Source: the human T2T-CHM13v2.0 reference genome, Homo sapiens
DNA length: 64,000 nucleotides
Direction: 5' to 3' (one strand)
Assembly: GCF_009914755.1 (NCBI RefSeq)
Contig: NC_060935.1
Of the stretch, positions 16,811 to 31,574 are shown one piece after another. Made by a program: the position numbers and the translations under genes. Below the pieces are notes generated by a model. It saw only the letters and a program-made list of their open reading frames with translations, was not told the origin of the DNA and did not search any database. Every line of letters starts with the position of its first letter. Positions within the stretch are counted from its first letter, which is position 1.

Positions 16811-19302
16811 AACTTCTCTGAAAAAGGTAGTGAGAGCAAAGAAAAGACTGACCCATTATCTGTAGGACACAGACTTGAAGCTGCCTTTCCAACAGACGGG
16901 AGGACTCTGAGCCGATCAGCTTCTCCCTTTGGCCCCATCCCCCAGTGACCAGGGGCCCACGGGCAGAGGGCAGCTGGCCAGGGCAAGGGGTGCTCTGCAA
17001 GGCAGTGGAGCAAGACCAGCTGACCTGCAGGGCGAGCAAAACGTGGGCCTCACTCTCGCCAGTGCCAGTAGCAATGCATGAAGGCCAGTCCTGGCCTTCC
17101 TGCTGGGGACAGGAGGCGCTGGAGAGATGATTACAGAATAGAAGGATGGGAAGCAGAATTGGCTCTGGGAAATCACATACATAAAAATGCCTCATAAATG
17201 AGCCCAGAAAGTGAGTTAATATCTATAGGACCCAGAAACCAGTTGCTCTGCAGAGCCCAGGGTATATGGCAGAAAACAAGAAAGGGGAAGCAGCAAAGAT
17301 GCCTCCGATTCCATCTCACCAAGGACGCACAGGTTTCATCTCGCACAAGTGGCAGTCCCAGTTATGCAATAAGTTTTTGCAAGACACTCTTAAGACACCC
17401 TGACTGCACCTTGCCTTGGTCTGCTCCAGCTGATTTTATTCTTAGAGCAGCCACATAGGGGGAGAAGGCCGGCAAGTCAAGTTCACGACTCAATGAGTCT
17501 CTTCAAGACTCAGCTGGGAGAGGCTGTATCAGCCAGAGAAAAGCCTCCTTTGTTGCACCCTCCTCGCCGGGCTCACTCCCCACACTACACATCCTGGCAC
17601 AGCTCTGGGCCTCAGCGTGGGCTGATAGGGCCCTTTCGGCAGGGCCATCAGTGATCAGGGATCCTCTGGAGATGAGGTGGCAGCAAGAAGGAAATAAACG
17701 TGTGCCACCTCTCAGATCCTGTGGCACCAATGTCATCAAAGCACCGGTCTCGGACAAAGCAATCTCGAATTGCTCTTTTTCGGGTAGAAGCAGCAGAAAG
17801 CAGTAACTGGCTGTGCAAAAGCCAGGCAGTCAGTGCTGGCTGACCTAATGGGTGACTTCCACACATCAGCCAGACCCTCTGAACCTCGGTTTCCTGAACC
17901 AGTCAGGTGGGGGCTGCCAAGATGATGTCTAAGATCCTTCCAGCTCTGAAACTCTAGGCTTCCAAATTCAGAAAACTGGTCCTGTGCCATGTCTCTCCTT
18001 TCAAAAAAGGTGTGCCCTCACAAGGAAAGTGAAGAGGACTCCGCCTCTTCAGGACCCTTAGCCCAAAGGGCTGCACTCAACCTGGCCTTGACAGACAAAC
18101 ATCAACAGCCGTAAAACAGGAGGGCGGGCTGAAATGCCTGGAAGTGAACAGACCCTGCTGAAGGTCAGCTCTGTGCCTGGAGTAGGCCTGGCCACCAGCT
18201 TGGCTCTAGGGCAAGCTGCCCTGCACGGCTGGATGGCGTCTGGAAAGGAATGTGACCGTGCAGGGCGGGGACCTGGAAGGCAGGATTCAAAGATTCCTTC
18301 AGAGGCTCTTCGCTGGTGCAGAATTATGAAAGGCATGTGGAGTCCGTGAACGTGGGGTGGCAGGGAGGACAGGGTCTGTGAAGTACTTTGGTATGTCGCC
18401 TGGGGGTTGGGACGGGCATGTCTCGAGTTTCTCTGGAGAAAAGTGAGCTTGGGCATTGCACTCCTTGAGGGGCGGGAGCACTGTGTTTCATTCACAGCAC
18501 TGAGACAGGCAGAGTCCTGGAGCTCACTCTCCTCGCGTGCAGAGGCCACTTAACTGGAAAAGTGAGGTCCAAGTGGGTGAAGGAACCTCAGATTCTGTCC
18601 CTCAGTGCACAGAAGGGCTTAGGGCCAGAATCTCATTGCAGGGCTCCCACTGCCACCACCTCATCCTGCTTCCTGAAACCCCTCAGGGCAGCACTGACCT
18701 CTTGAGAGCTGCCATTGGGAGAAGTGTTCGAACCTCAACTGTCCCCTGCCTCCAAGGGGCTGCCCCAAAGTCAGCAAGCCACAGCCGATCCTCCTCCTCC
18801 CTCCTACACAAAACCACCGTCCCAGGGGAGGCAGAGCAGACCCACACCGCACCAGAGAAGGGAATGGCTAAAAGTTTCATTGTGTTTTACTATTGACACT
18901 TAAGAAGACAGGGAGGGGAGGGTTGATTTCCGTGAATTAGGTGCATCCAGCCTGCGGGACGGAGGTGGAGACCAAGAAAAGGAGCGCAGGAATGGCTCAG
19001 CTTCCTACTGCGGCCCTGCTGCTGAGGGGAGTGGGGCTGGGATCTGCAGGAGGGCTTGGTGGTTACCCTGGAAGATTCTGGGGAGGACAGAAGCTGGGGG
19101 AGCCGACAACGCCCACTCTTAGACCCCCAGTGGGTTTACTCTGGGAAGGGGCAGGGCCCTTGGACCAGGGAGTGGTCACTGAGGGTCTCACTGGGGCCTC
19201 GGAGACAAAGGACGGCGGGGCGACAGCCACGGGAGGGTCAGGCTCCGAGTGAGGGGTGTGCCCCGGACGCGCCCCCCGCCCCCTGGAGTGATGGGTGGGT
19301 AC

Positions 19303-19706
19303 CTGTTGAGGAAAGCGTTGCCAAACGCGTTGAGCTTGCGGAAGGGGCGCCGCGGGTCCACCACGAGCGCGTTGCCCGGCACCACGCCCTCAGTGGGGCC
19401 GTGCATGACGGCGATGAAGGAGTCGGTGGTGGGCTCGGGCCCGATGCGCATCCCCGGGAAGTCCTGCTCGATCAGGTGTCGGATGAAGGTGGTCTTGCCC
19501 GTGCTGTACTGCCCCACGAGGAGCACCATAGGCTTGTTGTCGAAGTCAGCGTCCTCCAGCGCGGGCGAGTGGAACTCGTGGAAGCGGTAGTGCTCCTCCA
19601 GGGGTAGCAGCTTCTGCGCGTACAGCTGCCGCAGCCCCTCGGCCACCGTCTGGAAGAGCTCCGGCTCCTTCTTGCGGCGGGCATCCTTGCTGACCCAGCT
19701 GAACAT
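19303..19706 (-). CDS. EHD1: EHD1 coding exon 1 (MFSWVSKDARRKKEPELF...GQYSTGKT...AFLNR)
   Basis: ATG at 19706, donor CAG|GTACCC; 404 nt; P-loop. Confidence 0.98.
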
Positions 19707-20350
19707 ACTGCCGGACACGGGGCTGGCTGCTGCGGGGCAGAGCGGCGGCTGAGAGCGGGGCGAGGGTGCGGAGCCGAGGCGGGGCCGGCCGGGGCAGGGA
19801 ATCGGGAGCGACCCACACTGCGCAGGCGCACAGCCCAGCCCGTCGAAGCGCCCTCTGCCGAATGCTGCGCACCCCTCGCGGAGCGGCCTTTATAGGGTCG
19901 GTCCCTCAGTGGCGGCTAGCGCCGCCGCGGCGGGGGCAGGGCGGAATTGGGGGCGGTAGGGAGGAGCCCCTCCCAGCCCCGCCCCTCCGACTGGTGCCAC
20001 GTCTTCCCCTACCCCGCCCCCATTGGCTGATTCCAAATCTCGCGAGGCTGTGGTCCGGGTGCCGTGGCAACCGCACCTGTTTCGCCCCGCCCCTCGTAGG
20101 GAGGCTCGCGAAAGTGCTGCGGTTAGGAAGGCGAGGAGCGGGCGTTCGGCGGAGACGGCCTCTGGGCCGCGCGCCTTCCGGCACCGTGGCCCCCCCACAC
20201 CCCCGCGGGATGGCTCCACGAGACACCCAGTCAGGCACCCTGGTTCCCTGACTACGCGCCGCGCCCGCCGTTCGCCACGTGCGGTCCTCCAGCTGGCTCG
20301 GAATCCCCGGAAGCATCGGAGTACCCCCAGGCGGCGGCACCTCCTCCTCT
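19707..20350 (-). promoter_or_regulatory. EHD1: EHD1 CpG-island promoter / 5' UTR
   Basis: Dense CpG; TATAAA (minus) 19889-19894; NRF1 motif TGCGCAGGCGCA 19819-19830; CCAAT 20022-20026; GC boxes. Confidence 0.85.
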
Positions 20351-20853
20351 CAGCCCAGCTTCCCAGACACACACTGTCTTTGTCCCCTCATCTTTTATCT
20401 GCTTTGGGAGAGGGAGAGACAGGAAAGTGGTAGCAGAGCAAGCTGAGGGAGTAGAGAATCCGGGGCGGGCTGGTGACTGGGGAAAGAAAAATGGGCAGCG
20501 AGAGGCCTGACCTCCCCTCAGGCCGACGGGGTGGGAATGGGAGAGGGACGCAAGCGAGGGAGGACATGGGTGACACCGGACTCGCGCGGGAGAAGAGAAG
20601 GCTTCCCCACAGAGGCTATAGCTGGGGCAGGGCAGGGAGGGCATGAGGAGGAAGTTGAGGCTCTCTGGCCACTTGCGTATTGGGAAGTGAAATCGGAAAT
20701 TCCCTATGTGGGGAAGAGGGGAAGTGTGGGGGCAACAATGAAATCTTGTGGGAATTTAGGGGGAAGTTTAAAAACCCAAATACTTCCACTTTCCTCTCGG
20801 GGTCACCACCATTTACCATCATTTACTGGGATCTGTGCCCTACCTCCCCTTAC

Positions 20854-20872
20854 CAGTTCCTGGCTGTTCCAT
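20854..20872 (-). CDS. EHD1: EHD1 alternative upstream coding exon (MEQPGT), splicing to an acceptor at 19729 for a 14-aa N-terminal extension
   Basis: ATG GAA CAG CCA GGA ACT G|GTAAGG joined to CCCCGCAG|CAGCCAGC gives in-frame MEQPGTAASPVSGS-MFSW; matches my recollection of a longer EHD1 isoform. Confidence 0.75.
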
Positions 20873-22423
20873 GGGGCTCACTCCCCCGCCATCCTCCCCG
20901 GCCACACACAGACCCCTTTGGCTGTCCAGGCTGGTGAGAATCTTCAGTGGGTGATGTCAGAGCTTTGGGGACTGATTGTTATGTAACCAGTATCAAGACA
21001 CCAACCTGTGGTAGCAGGACCCTGGGGGCTCTTAAAGAGATCTGAATTGAACCTGCGACTTTGAAAGCCTCAGGTCCAACTTCCTCGCTTCTGGGAGATG
21101 TGGAAGCCTGGAGGGCTAGGGGCCTGTATCAGGGGATAACTTGGGCTGGTAGGCTAAGAGGAAGAGGCAGGAACTCAAATCTGAGAACGGGGGATATCTC
21201 AGGGGAACTGAGTCTGGTGGAATCTAGAGAGGACACGATGGGAGGTTTGTTCGCCTACCGCTTGTAAGATCCCTTCCGAGGGAATAGATAGTTCCCTTGC
21301 CCTCCCCTCTTGCTCCCTAACCATTGGAGAGCGGATAAGTAATTCCAACCCTGCCTGCAATCTTACGCCCCTTAGTGCTTTGATTTGATTCTTTTCATCA
21401 TAGTAAAGCACACAAGCTACTGCCCCCCCCCCCTTTTTTTTTTTTTTTTTTTTGGTGTTATTCTCAAAAGAAGATACTGAGGCTCCTAGGCAGAGCTGTC
21501 ACCAGAGGCTGCATGCCAATTGGTGACGAGGAGCCTCCGGCGGGCCTAGTCCAGACTTCCCGGGTCAGCCTTAGAAGCCACAGTGTTTGCCTCCTACTCA
21601 GCACTGTTAGGGATCCACCCCGGAGATGCAGTTTCTGGGTTGATCTAGGGAAGGGCCCAGGGCTGAGGATCCTGAATGAAGTAGTTGTTCAGTCGTCTCA
21701 ATGAGGCTGCTCCAAACTGGCGCCCCGGCAGCATTCTCATTGACGCGCCATGGTTTTCAAATCTCCCCAGAGCCCTGTGTGCTGGGAAAACCCAGCCCTA
21801 GAAAACTGAAAACAACAAGATGTTCCTGGGTTATTTATAAACAAAACCCAGACCCTGTCGTTATGTATGGCCACTTGACTTTCTCCAAAGATCTTAAAGG
21901 ACTGAAAGAAGGGATCTCTGTCACCCTGGTGAGGCCCACGTGACCAGCAATTAGTTTCCCCCAATTTCATGGAGTTGGCACCCAGCTTCCAGGCAGCTTC
22001 CTTATCTTGTCATGCCCCACACCGAAAATGTCCTAATTTTTTTTTCTTTTGTGTTTTCTGAGTAGGGCAGTTTGTTTGGTGGGAAAGTTGTATAAAATGT
22101 GAATGCACCCTTTCACTTTTGGTTTCTCCGCTGTTTCACTTTCTGCCTGTCTGCCTGAGCCCATGGCAGATTGATGGAGGGTTCAAGTATTTTTCTTTTA
22201 TCTCAGAAACTGTGCCATCCCCCACTCCCAGTGTTTTATTCTTCAGTTAATAAATCCATTCCCTGCAAACCCAGGGCCTTGAAGTACCCCCTAGCTCTCC
22301 TCAGAAACGCCCTCATCCAGCAGAAAGGGGCCTCACCTCCCCTCTAAGTGGTCTGCTTGGTCCTGTCATGGCCTGATCTAGGAAAACATCTACAAGGTCC
22401 CTAGAGACAACTTAAAAAAAAAA

Positions 22424-23539
<1,116 letters not shown>

Positions 23540-24003
23540 GATATTTTTTTTTTAAGGAGTTTTTCTCCAAATATGGCAGAAAAATCGAGCTGAGAAAAAC
23601 CAAAACATAGGTTTCTCCCTGGGATGAGGAGTGGTTCATTCTTTCCACTGACAGAGTTTGCATATCAGCACAGATTTTTGTTCTCACAGTCATGAGATTT
23701 GGGCAACAAATCAGTTTTCCCGACACAAGGTGAGGAACTGAGGAGGACTGTTCTTTTGAATGCCGGGTCTCCCACACTGGCAAGAAGAGTGTCCTCTCCA
23801 CACCATGAGGCCTTTCTCTTGCAGCAGCTGTGGCCCTTGGGTGATGGCTCTGGGGAGATTGCTGGGCCCCAGAGGGCTCTGAAGGCATCTGGCAGCCAGA
23901 ACATGGCCCAATTTGGAGGTGACCGTGTCAGAATCTTAGCTGCTTTCAAATTCCAGTGAGAAAGAGCCTGAGGCCCGGGATGTCCAGTGACTGCTCGAAG
24001 TAG

Positions 24004-24331
<328 letters not shown>

Positions 24332-25694
24332 AGGGCCTTCTGAATCTTAACACTGCCCTTTCCACACTCCAGCCACTTGAAGTTGCAAGGACGGGCAGGT
24401 GGAAAAGCAGAGAAAGAGGGTTTCAAGAGCCTCTTCCCCAGATGCAGGCTGAAGTGAATCTCTGCCCTGAAGCTCACCAGCCCTTCCTAGCCCCTTTGCT
24501 GCTCTGCAGCCTGGGGGACAGGCTTACACATTTATCAGGATGATGTACACATATAACTGCACAGTGCTTTGCAGAGCTGAGACTTATAGGTCTCTGAGCA
24601 CTTTCAGTAAAAGCTCTAGTTCACCTGCCAGTTTTCTGTGTGTGTGTCTCAGTCCCTGCAGCTTCTGGCCCTGCCTTGCTGGGGCTGATGAGGCTGGGGC
24701 TGCCGCTGAGTGCAGGGTGCAGGGTTTGCCCTAAACTTATTGGAGGGCCCAGGCCTTTGCCTGACTCCACAGGAAATGGCTTATTATTTGGCACATAAGC
24801 AATCGCCTTCTGTGGTGACAACATTAGGGGGTCCCTTGTGGGGTGCTGGGGTCCCCCTTGCCCTACACTAATGAAATGGAGAGTGTAACCCCATTGTCCC
24901 CCAGCCTCAGCAGCCTGAGAGTACAAGTGAGGTGCATGGTCTTAGCCTCCCTTGTATGAGTGCAGACTGCTGCCGTGCACACGGCCCCTCTGCATTTCCG
25001 GGGGCTCTGAAGTGTGTCTCGTGTGTGCAAGAACGAGCCTGCCCAAGTTCTGCTCCAGCTGCCTCTCCCTTGCCTTGGCCTTGCCCTGCTGTGGCCCTGA
25101 GCCTCACCATGGGCTCACAGGCTGGGGGGCTGGAGGGTAATTCTGTCCCCAACTCTGTGTCACACTCAGCCACCAGGGCACAGAGCCCAGCCCATCTTCA
25201 ACAAGCCCAGCTCCTCACTCCCACACCTCAGGAGTCAAACATCGTGCCCAAGGCCACCCTCCTGTCCCCTCTGCTGGGCGAACACCTCCCTCCTCCATCC
25301 CCCCAAATTAAAGTCTCTTTGTAGGTCACTTGGGGTGGTACATGGTGGTCCCCCAGCCCGCCTGTCTGCCGACACTCAGTCTCCCTCCCCGTCCTGTGGC
25401 CCAGCTGCCACATTCCTCTCACCTGCAGCTTCTTTACTGTGCCCTTAAGTACAGAACATGGTGACGCTCCATCTGCAAGGAGACTGGAGACCAGAACCCT
25501 CCCCTGAGGCCCACGTCTGCCCAGGCACCATGCTTGCTCCTAGAGGTACATGTTGGGGTGTCCCCGAGGGCAGGAATATAGTGGGACCCTCTCAGAGGTG
25601 GGGTCAGGCCTCCGTCTCCTGCTCACCCAACCTGGTCCCCTGCCCCTTGGCTCCATGTCCTGTCCCAGAAACACCTCTCTTGCCCTTTGGTCAT

Positions 25695-26470
25695 CATTAA
25701 GCAGAATTTCAGGATGTCTGCAAGATCCCCCACCCCTGGTGTACATATCCAGTGTAATGCTGGGAATGCGGATCTGGTGACTTACTCCATGACATGCGGT
25801 GTTAGATGGTGCAGTCCACTGTACAAAGGGAGATAATCCCAGTGGGCCCCCCAGCTCACTGAGCCCTCTGAAAGCAGAGCTGGCTGGACAGTGGCTTACA
25901 CCTGTGATCCCAGCACTTTAGGAGACTGAGGGGGTGGGTCACTTGAGCCCAGGAGTTCAAGACTAGCCTGGGTAACATGGCAAAATCCCATCTCTACCCA
26001 AAATACAAAATATTAGCTGGGTGTGGTGGCATGCACCTGTAGTCCCGGCTACTCAGGAGGCTGAGGTGGGAGGATCACCTGAGCCAGGGAGGTTGAGGCT
26101 GCTTCGAGCCATGATTGTGCTACTGCACTCCAGCCTGGGGGACACCATGTGGAAAGGAATGTGGGTGACCTCTAGGAGCTGAGAGGGGCCCCAGCAGACC
26201 ACCAGCAAGGAAACGGGGACCTCAGTCCTATGGATGCAAGGAACTGGATTCTGCCAACAAGAATGAGCTTGGAGACAGATTCCTTCCCCTGCCTCCCGGT
26301 GATAGGGCAGCCTGGCTGCCACCTTCCTTCAGCATCTGACACTCTGAGAACAGAACTCAGTCATGCTGGGCCCAGACTTCCGACCTACAGAACCAGGAGC
26401 TCATAAATGGGGGCGGTTCTAAACCACGAAGTTTGTGGCACTTTGTTGTGTAGCAGTAGAAGGTAGCTAC
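25695..26470 (+). mobile_element. MLT1D/E-like LTR interrupted by an AluJ (25882-26140)
   Basis: CAGCAAGGAAACGGGGACCTCAGTCCTA..GCAAGGAACTGGATTCTGCCAACAA..GAATGAGCTTGGA. Confidence 0.75.
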
Positions 26471-26631
26471 TGCAATAGATTTGTCTTTTTGTCGATCCAC
26501 GAGTCCCTTCACAGGCAACACCTGGCAGCCACTAGACATGGGACCAGAGAAGAAAATGGAAGGACCCAAAAGTGACCATGGAGTACCAATCACTGGGATA
26601 GATTTCAGAAGGGAATACAGCATCACCTGGC

Positions 26632-26665
26632 TACACACACACACATACACACACACACCCCACAC
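26632..26665. repeat. (CA)n microsatellite
   Basis: Direct reading. Confidence 0.85.
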
Positions 26666-26856
26666 AGTGATTCTCAGCTGGGTGTGATTTTGCTCCCCCG
26701 GGGACATTCTTGGTATGATTATTTTGGGGATTGTTGCTGGCATCTACTAGGCAGAGGACAAGGCTGCTGCTGACCATCCTACAACACACAGGGCACTCCC
26801 ACAGCAGAGAATTACCCTGCCCGAAATGCCAATAGGGCAGAAGCTGAGGCATCCTG
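26664..26856 (+). mobile_element. MER20-like DNA transposon
   Basis: CAGTGATTCTCA..TTTTGCTCCCCCGGGGACATT..GCATCTACTAGGCAGAGG..CATCCTACAA. Confidence 0.75.
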
Positions 26857-27229
26857 ATGAGCGCGCGCACGCCACACGCACGTGGCTGGCCATTATTGAG
26901 AAGCAGTATAGCATAAAGGCCAAGTGCATGGGCTTTGGAGCAGACTGTTCAGGATCAAATCCTACAGACCATATGATCTTTAGCAAGGCACTCAAGAGAT
27001 AACAAAAGCACCCGCCTCCTAGGATGACATGAGTTCATGTGCACAGAGTGCGTAGAACAAGTGAGTCAGCTTACTCAATGATTACAGGAAGTGTCTACGG
27101 GGTTATCCCTGCATCGTAGGAACTGGGGCAATTTTTATTTACTTTTCTATGTTGTCCAAATGTATATAATGGATGTACTTGACTTGTTTAATTGGGGGGA
27201 AATGGAGAGAAAAAGATGAGAAACACTCT

Positions 27230-27902
<673 letters not shown>

Positions 27903-28128
27903 ATATATATATATGTGTATATATATATATATAAATATGTATATATATGTATATATATATAAATATGTGTATATATATGTATATATATATAAATATGTGT
28001 ATATATATATGTATATATATATAAATATGTGTATATATATGTATATATATAAATATGTGTATATATATGTATATATATAAATATGTGTATATATATGTAT
28101 ATATATAAATATGTGTATATATATATAA
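27903..28128. repeat. Compound (TA)n-derived minisatellite
   Basis: Repeating AAATATGTGTATATATATGTATATATAT units of about 28-32 bp. Confidence 0.95.
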
Positions 28129-28223
28129 TTGCAAAGTGTTAACTGTCAATGAATCAAAATAAACAGTATATGGATGTTGTTCGTACTTTTCTTGCAACTT
28201 TTCTGAAGCTGTCATCATTGTCA

Positions 28224-28570
<347 letters not shown>

Positions 28571-29049
28571 TTATTAGGCACACCATGTGGCCTGGTCCAG
28601 TGTTAGGTCCACCACTCCATGACCTGACAGCCCCTGCTGGAGAAGCACCCTGCAGTAGAATCTGTGCATTACAATACTCATTATAATCCCAACAGTGCTC
28701 ATAATAACAGCGCTCATAATAACCCCAAGTGTTCTCTTCACTATACAGCAGTGAACAAGAGTGAAGAAGCTTCGGCTCCATCAACTGCATGAGACTCAGC
28801 CAGACACGGCACCGTGATTCCATTTACATTAATAACAAGAAAGCCAGACAAAATGCTCGCAGACTGTTTGGGAAAGTGTACGGGGTAGTAAATCCCAGAG
28901 AAAGGAGAGGAAGTGATTACCTTAACACTCAGAACTGTGCTGACCATGGGCGGGGGGGACCTGGAAGGGCATATTTGGGGGCTCTGCAGGTTGTTACATG
29001 GGGACTCATTGTGAATTCTATGAATATACATTATACAGTGATGTTTTAT

Positions 29050-29600
29050 ACACACCACAGCGGGAAGAGCCCCACCAGGGCCACCTTGGGTAAGGCAGTG
29101 CGCGCCTGGGACCCGCAACTGTGTGTAGGACGCTGGCACCTGGGCTGTGCCCTAGGCCCAGGACAGTGTCCTGGCCAGGCCAGGCGCAGTTCTAGGCGGC
29201 CCGGGGAAGGCGAACCCAGGGGCTGCTCCCCCAGGCCTTGGGAGCCGCGCGGTGGGGAGGGTTGGCCCCGCCCCGCTTGGGAGGGGTGCCCGGGGCGCCC
29301 CCTAGTGGTGGCCACCGGGAGTAAGCCTTGCAGAAGAGGAAGCTGTCCCCGCCCGCCCCGCGCCTCCGTCCGGTTTCTGCATCTTTGCCCCTGGCATTCC
29401 TTCCTCCTCCAGTGATCACGACCTGTTTCTGGGGTTCACCTCAGCAAACGCCGACCTCACACTCACCTCTCCCAGGGAGGCTTTACTCCTCCCCGCCTGG
29501 GCCTTCTCTCTCTGAGGCTGGCGTACGGTCAATCTGCACAACCTCTCAGGGCCTCTGTCAGCGTAGCGTTTCACACACGTGTGGTGTGGACGATGGGACA
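29050..29600. promoter_or_regulatory. CpG-rich element with consensus CTCF motif; candidate distal promoter or insulator
   Basis: GCGCCCCCTAGTGG at 29295-29308; GC boxes; minus-strand donor GAG|GTGAGT at 29467/29466. Confidence 0.6.
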
Positions 29601-30899
29601 AAGACAATACTACTGAGGCCTCCCACCGCCAGCTCTGTGCTGACCGCCCCACTGTGTCTAGGCTCCCTCCCTAAGCAACTTTGCTCATGCACAAGGTCAG
29701 TCCTTCTGTGTGCATTTATTAAGTGCCTCCTTTGAGTCTGAGGCTACAGGAAAAAAGTCAGTGGCCGCCACTCCTGGGGGCTTTCAGGCTGGTGGGGGAA
29801 ATAGCCCGGTGTGGGTGATGGGGCATGATGGGGGCACTAACATCCCAGCCACAGAGCATCCAGGGAGCCAGTGAGTGGGGTAATGGGGGGCGGGGCGGGG
29901 GGCCAGGCAGGTGTCCGCGAGGGAGTGACCCTTGGGCAGGTCTTGAGGAGTTCTGAGAGGGGTTGGAGGTGAGACCCAGGCCAGGGAAATGTGCATGGGC
30001 CCAGGGCCTGCTGGGTAAAGGACACAGGTCAGTGGGCTCAAGGAGCTGGGGGAGGGTGCTGGATCCGCCTTGCTCATGCATTGGAACAGGTCTCCAATAG
30101 CCCTCGCAGGCCTTTGTGGGATCACAGTGCTCTGCAGAGGCAGATGCAGGAGGACCCCCAGGGCAGGGTGGCTGCTGTCTGCTCCCCTTTCACCCTATGC
30201 CAGTGCTCTGAGTCTGAGGCCTGACAGCCCCAAGAGGGTTAGAGTCCAGGGCCCTACCATCCAGCCCATGTATCCTGAACACCTACTATGCTGGTGGGTG
30301 GGGGAAGCAGCCAGGGAGGATGAGTAAGTCATGGACCTTGCCCTCAAGGAGTCTGAAACTAGCACAGGATTAGATAAGCACACAGGGCTCCTTAACTCTG
30401 TAGGGAATGAGATAAGGGTGGCGGGAGAGGCCCACGAAGCCGGGGTGTGGGCAGAGAGGGGAGCAGCGCCTGCAGAGTCATGGGATGGTCTGCAGGGAGG
30501 GGTTGCTGAGCTGGGCCACGGCAGGGGCCAATCGGGGCCCAGGGATTCAGAGCAGCCAGGACAGTGTGAGCAGAGCTGCCTGTGGGAAGGGGAGAGAGAC
30601 AGTGTCTTAGGGGCCAGATGTTTGTTGGCTGCCTACAGTCCCCAGGAGAAGGTCCAACTTGCTCTGTGACTTCAGCAAATGTGCACCCTCTCTGAGCCTG
30701 TGTCCTCCTGTCCCAAACAGGTTCATGATGGATGCCAGGAGGACCAGGTCCTGGATGTGCGTGCCCAGCAGACAGAAAGGGCTCAATAGCCAACGCCTGT
30801 TATTAAGCAATTTGACATTTATTCCTAGGTCTCTATTTCCCATTTTACAAATTTTATTTTGTAGTACCAGAAACCTTTTTATTCAAATGAAAAATTCTG

Positions 30900-31203
30900 A
30901 CAGGGCACAGTGGCTCATGCCTGTAATCCCAGCAGTTTGGGGGGCTGAGGCAGGACTGCTTGAGGCCAGGAATTTGAGACCAGCCTGGGCAACATGGTGA
31001 AACCCCATCTCTACGAAAAATACAAAAATTAACCAGGCATGGTGGCACGTGCCTGTAGTCACAGCTATTTGGGAGGCTGAGATGGGAGGACTGTGTGAGC
31101 CCTGGCAGGTGGAGGCTGCAGCAAGCTGTGATTGTACCACTGCGCTCCAGCCTGGGTGACAAAGCGAGCAAGACCCTGTCTCAAAAAAAAAAAAAAAAAA
31201 AAA
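30900..31203 (+). mobile_element. AluJ-like
   Basis: Alu consensus. Confidence 0.9.
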
Positions 31204-31244
31204 GGAAAATTTCCTCAGAACCCCGTTGTATAAGAAACAGGTGG

Positions 31245-31574
31245 GGCTGGGCGCGGTGGCTCACACCTATAATCCCGGCACTCTGGGAGGCCGAGGTGGG
31301 CAGATTATCTGAGGTCAGGAGTTCGAGACCAGCCTGGCCAACATGGTGAAACCCAGTCTCTACTAAAAACACAAAAATTAGCTGGGCATGGTGGTGCATG
31401 CCTGTAATCTCAGCTATTTGGGAGGCTGAGGCAGGAGAATCGCTTGAACCCAGGAGGCAGAGGTTGCAGTGAGCTGAGATCATGCCAGGAGGGGAGGCTT
31501 CCTCCTGGGAGGAAGCCTGTTGCATTCCAGCCTGGGCAACAGAGCAAGACTCTGTCTCAAAACAAACAAACAAA
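31245..31574 (+). mobile_element. AluS-like with a palindromic insertion
   Basis: Alu consensus with about 31 extra nt at 31488-31518. Confidence 0.9.

Noticed and set aside
19056-19607. 183-aa plus-strand ORF
   Set aside because: Antisense shadow of EHD1 exon 1
28789-29415. 208-aa ORF
   Set aside because: Runs through a degenerate L1-like segment and a CpG island; low complexity, no homology recognised
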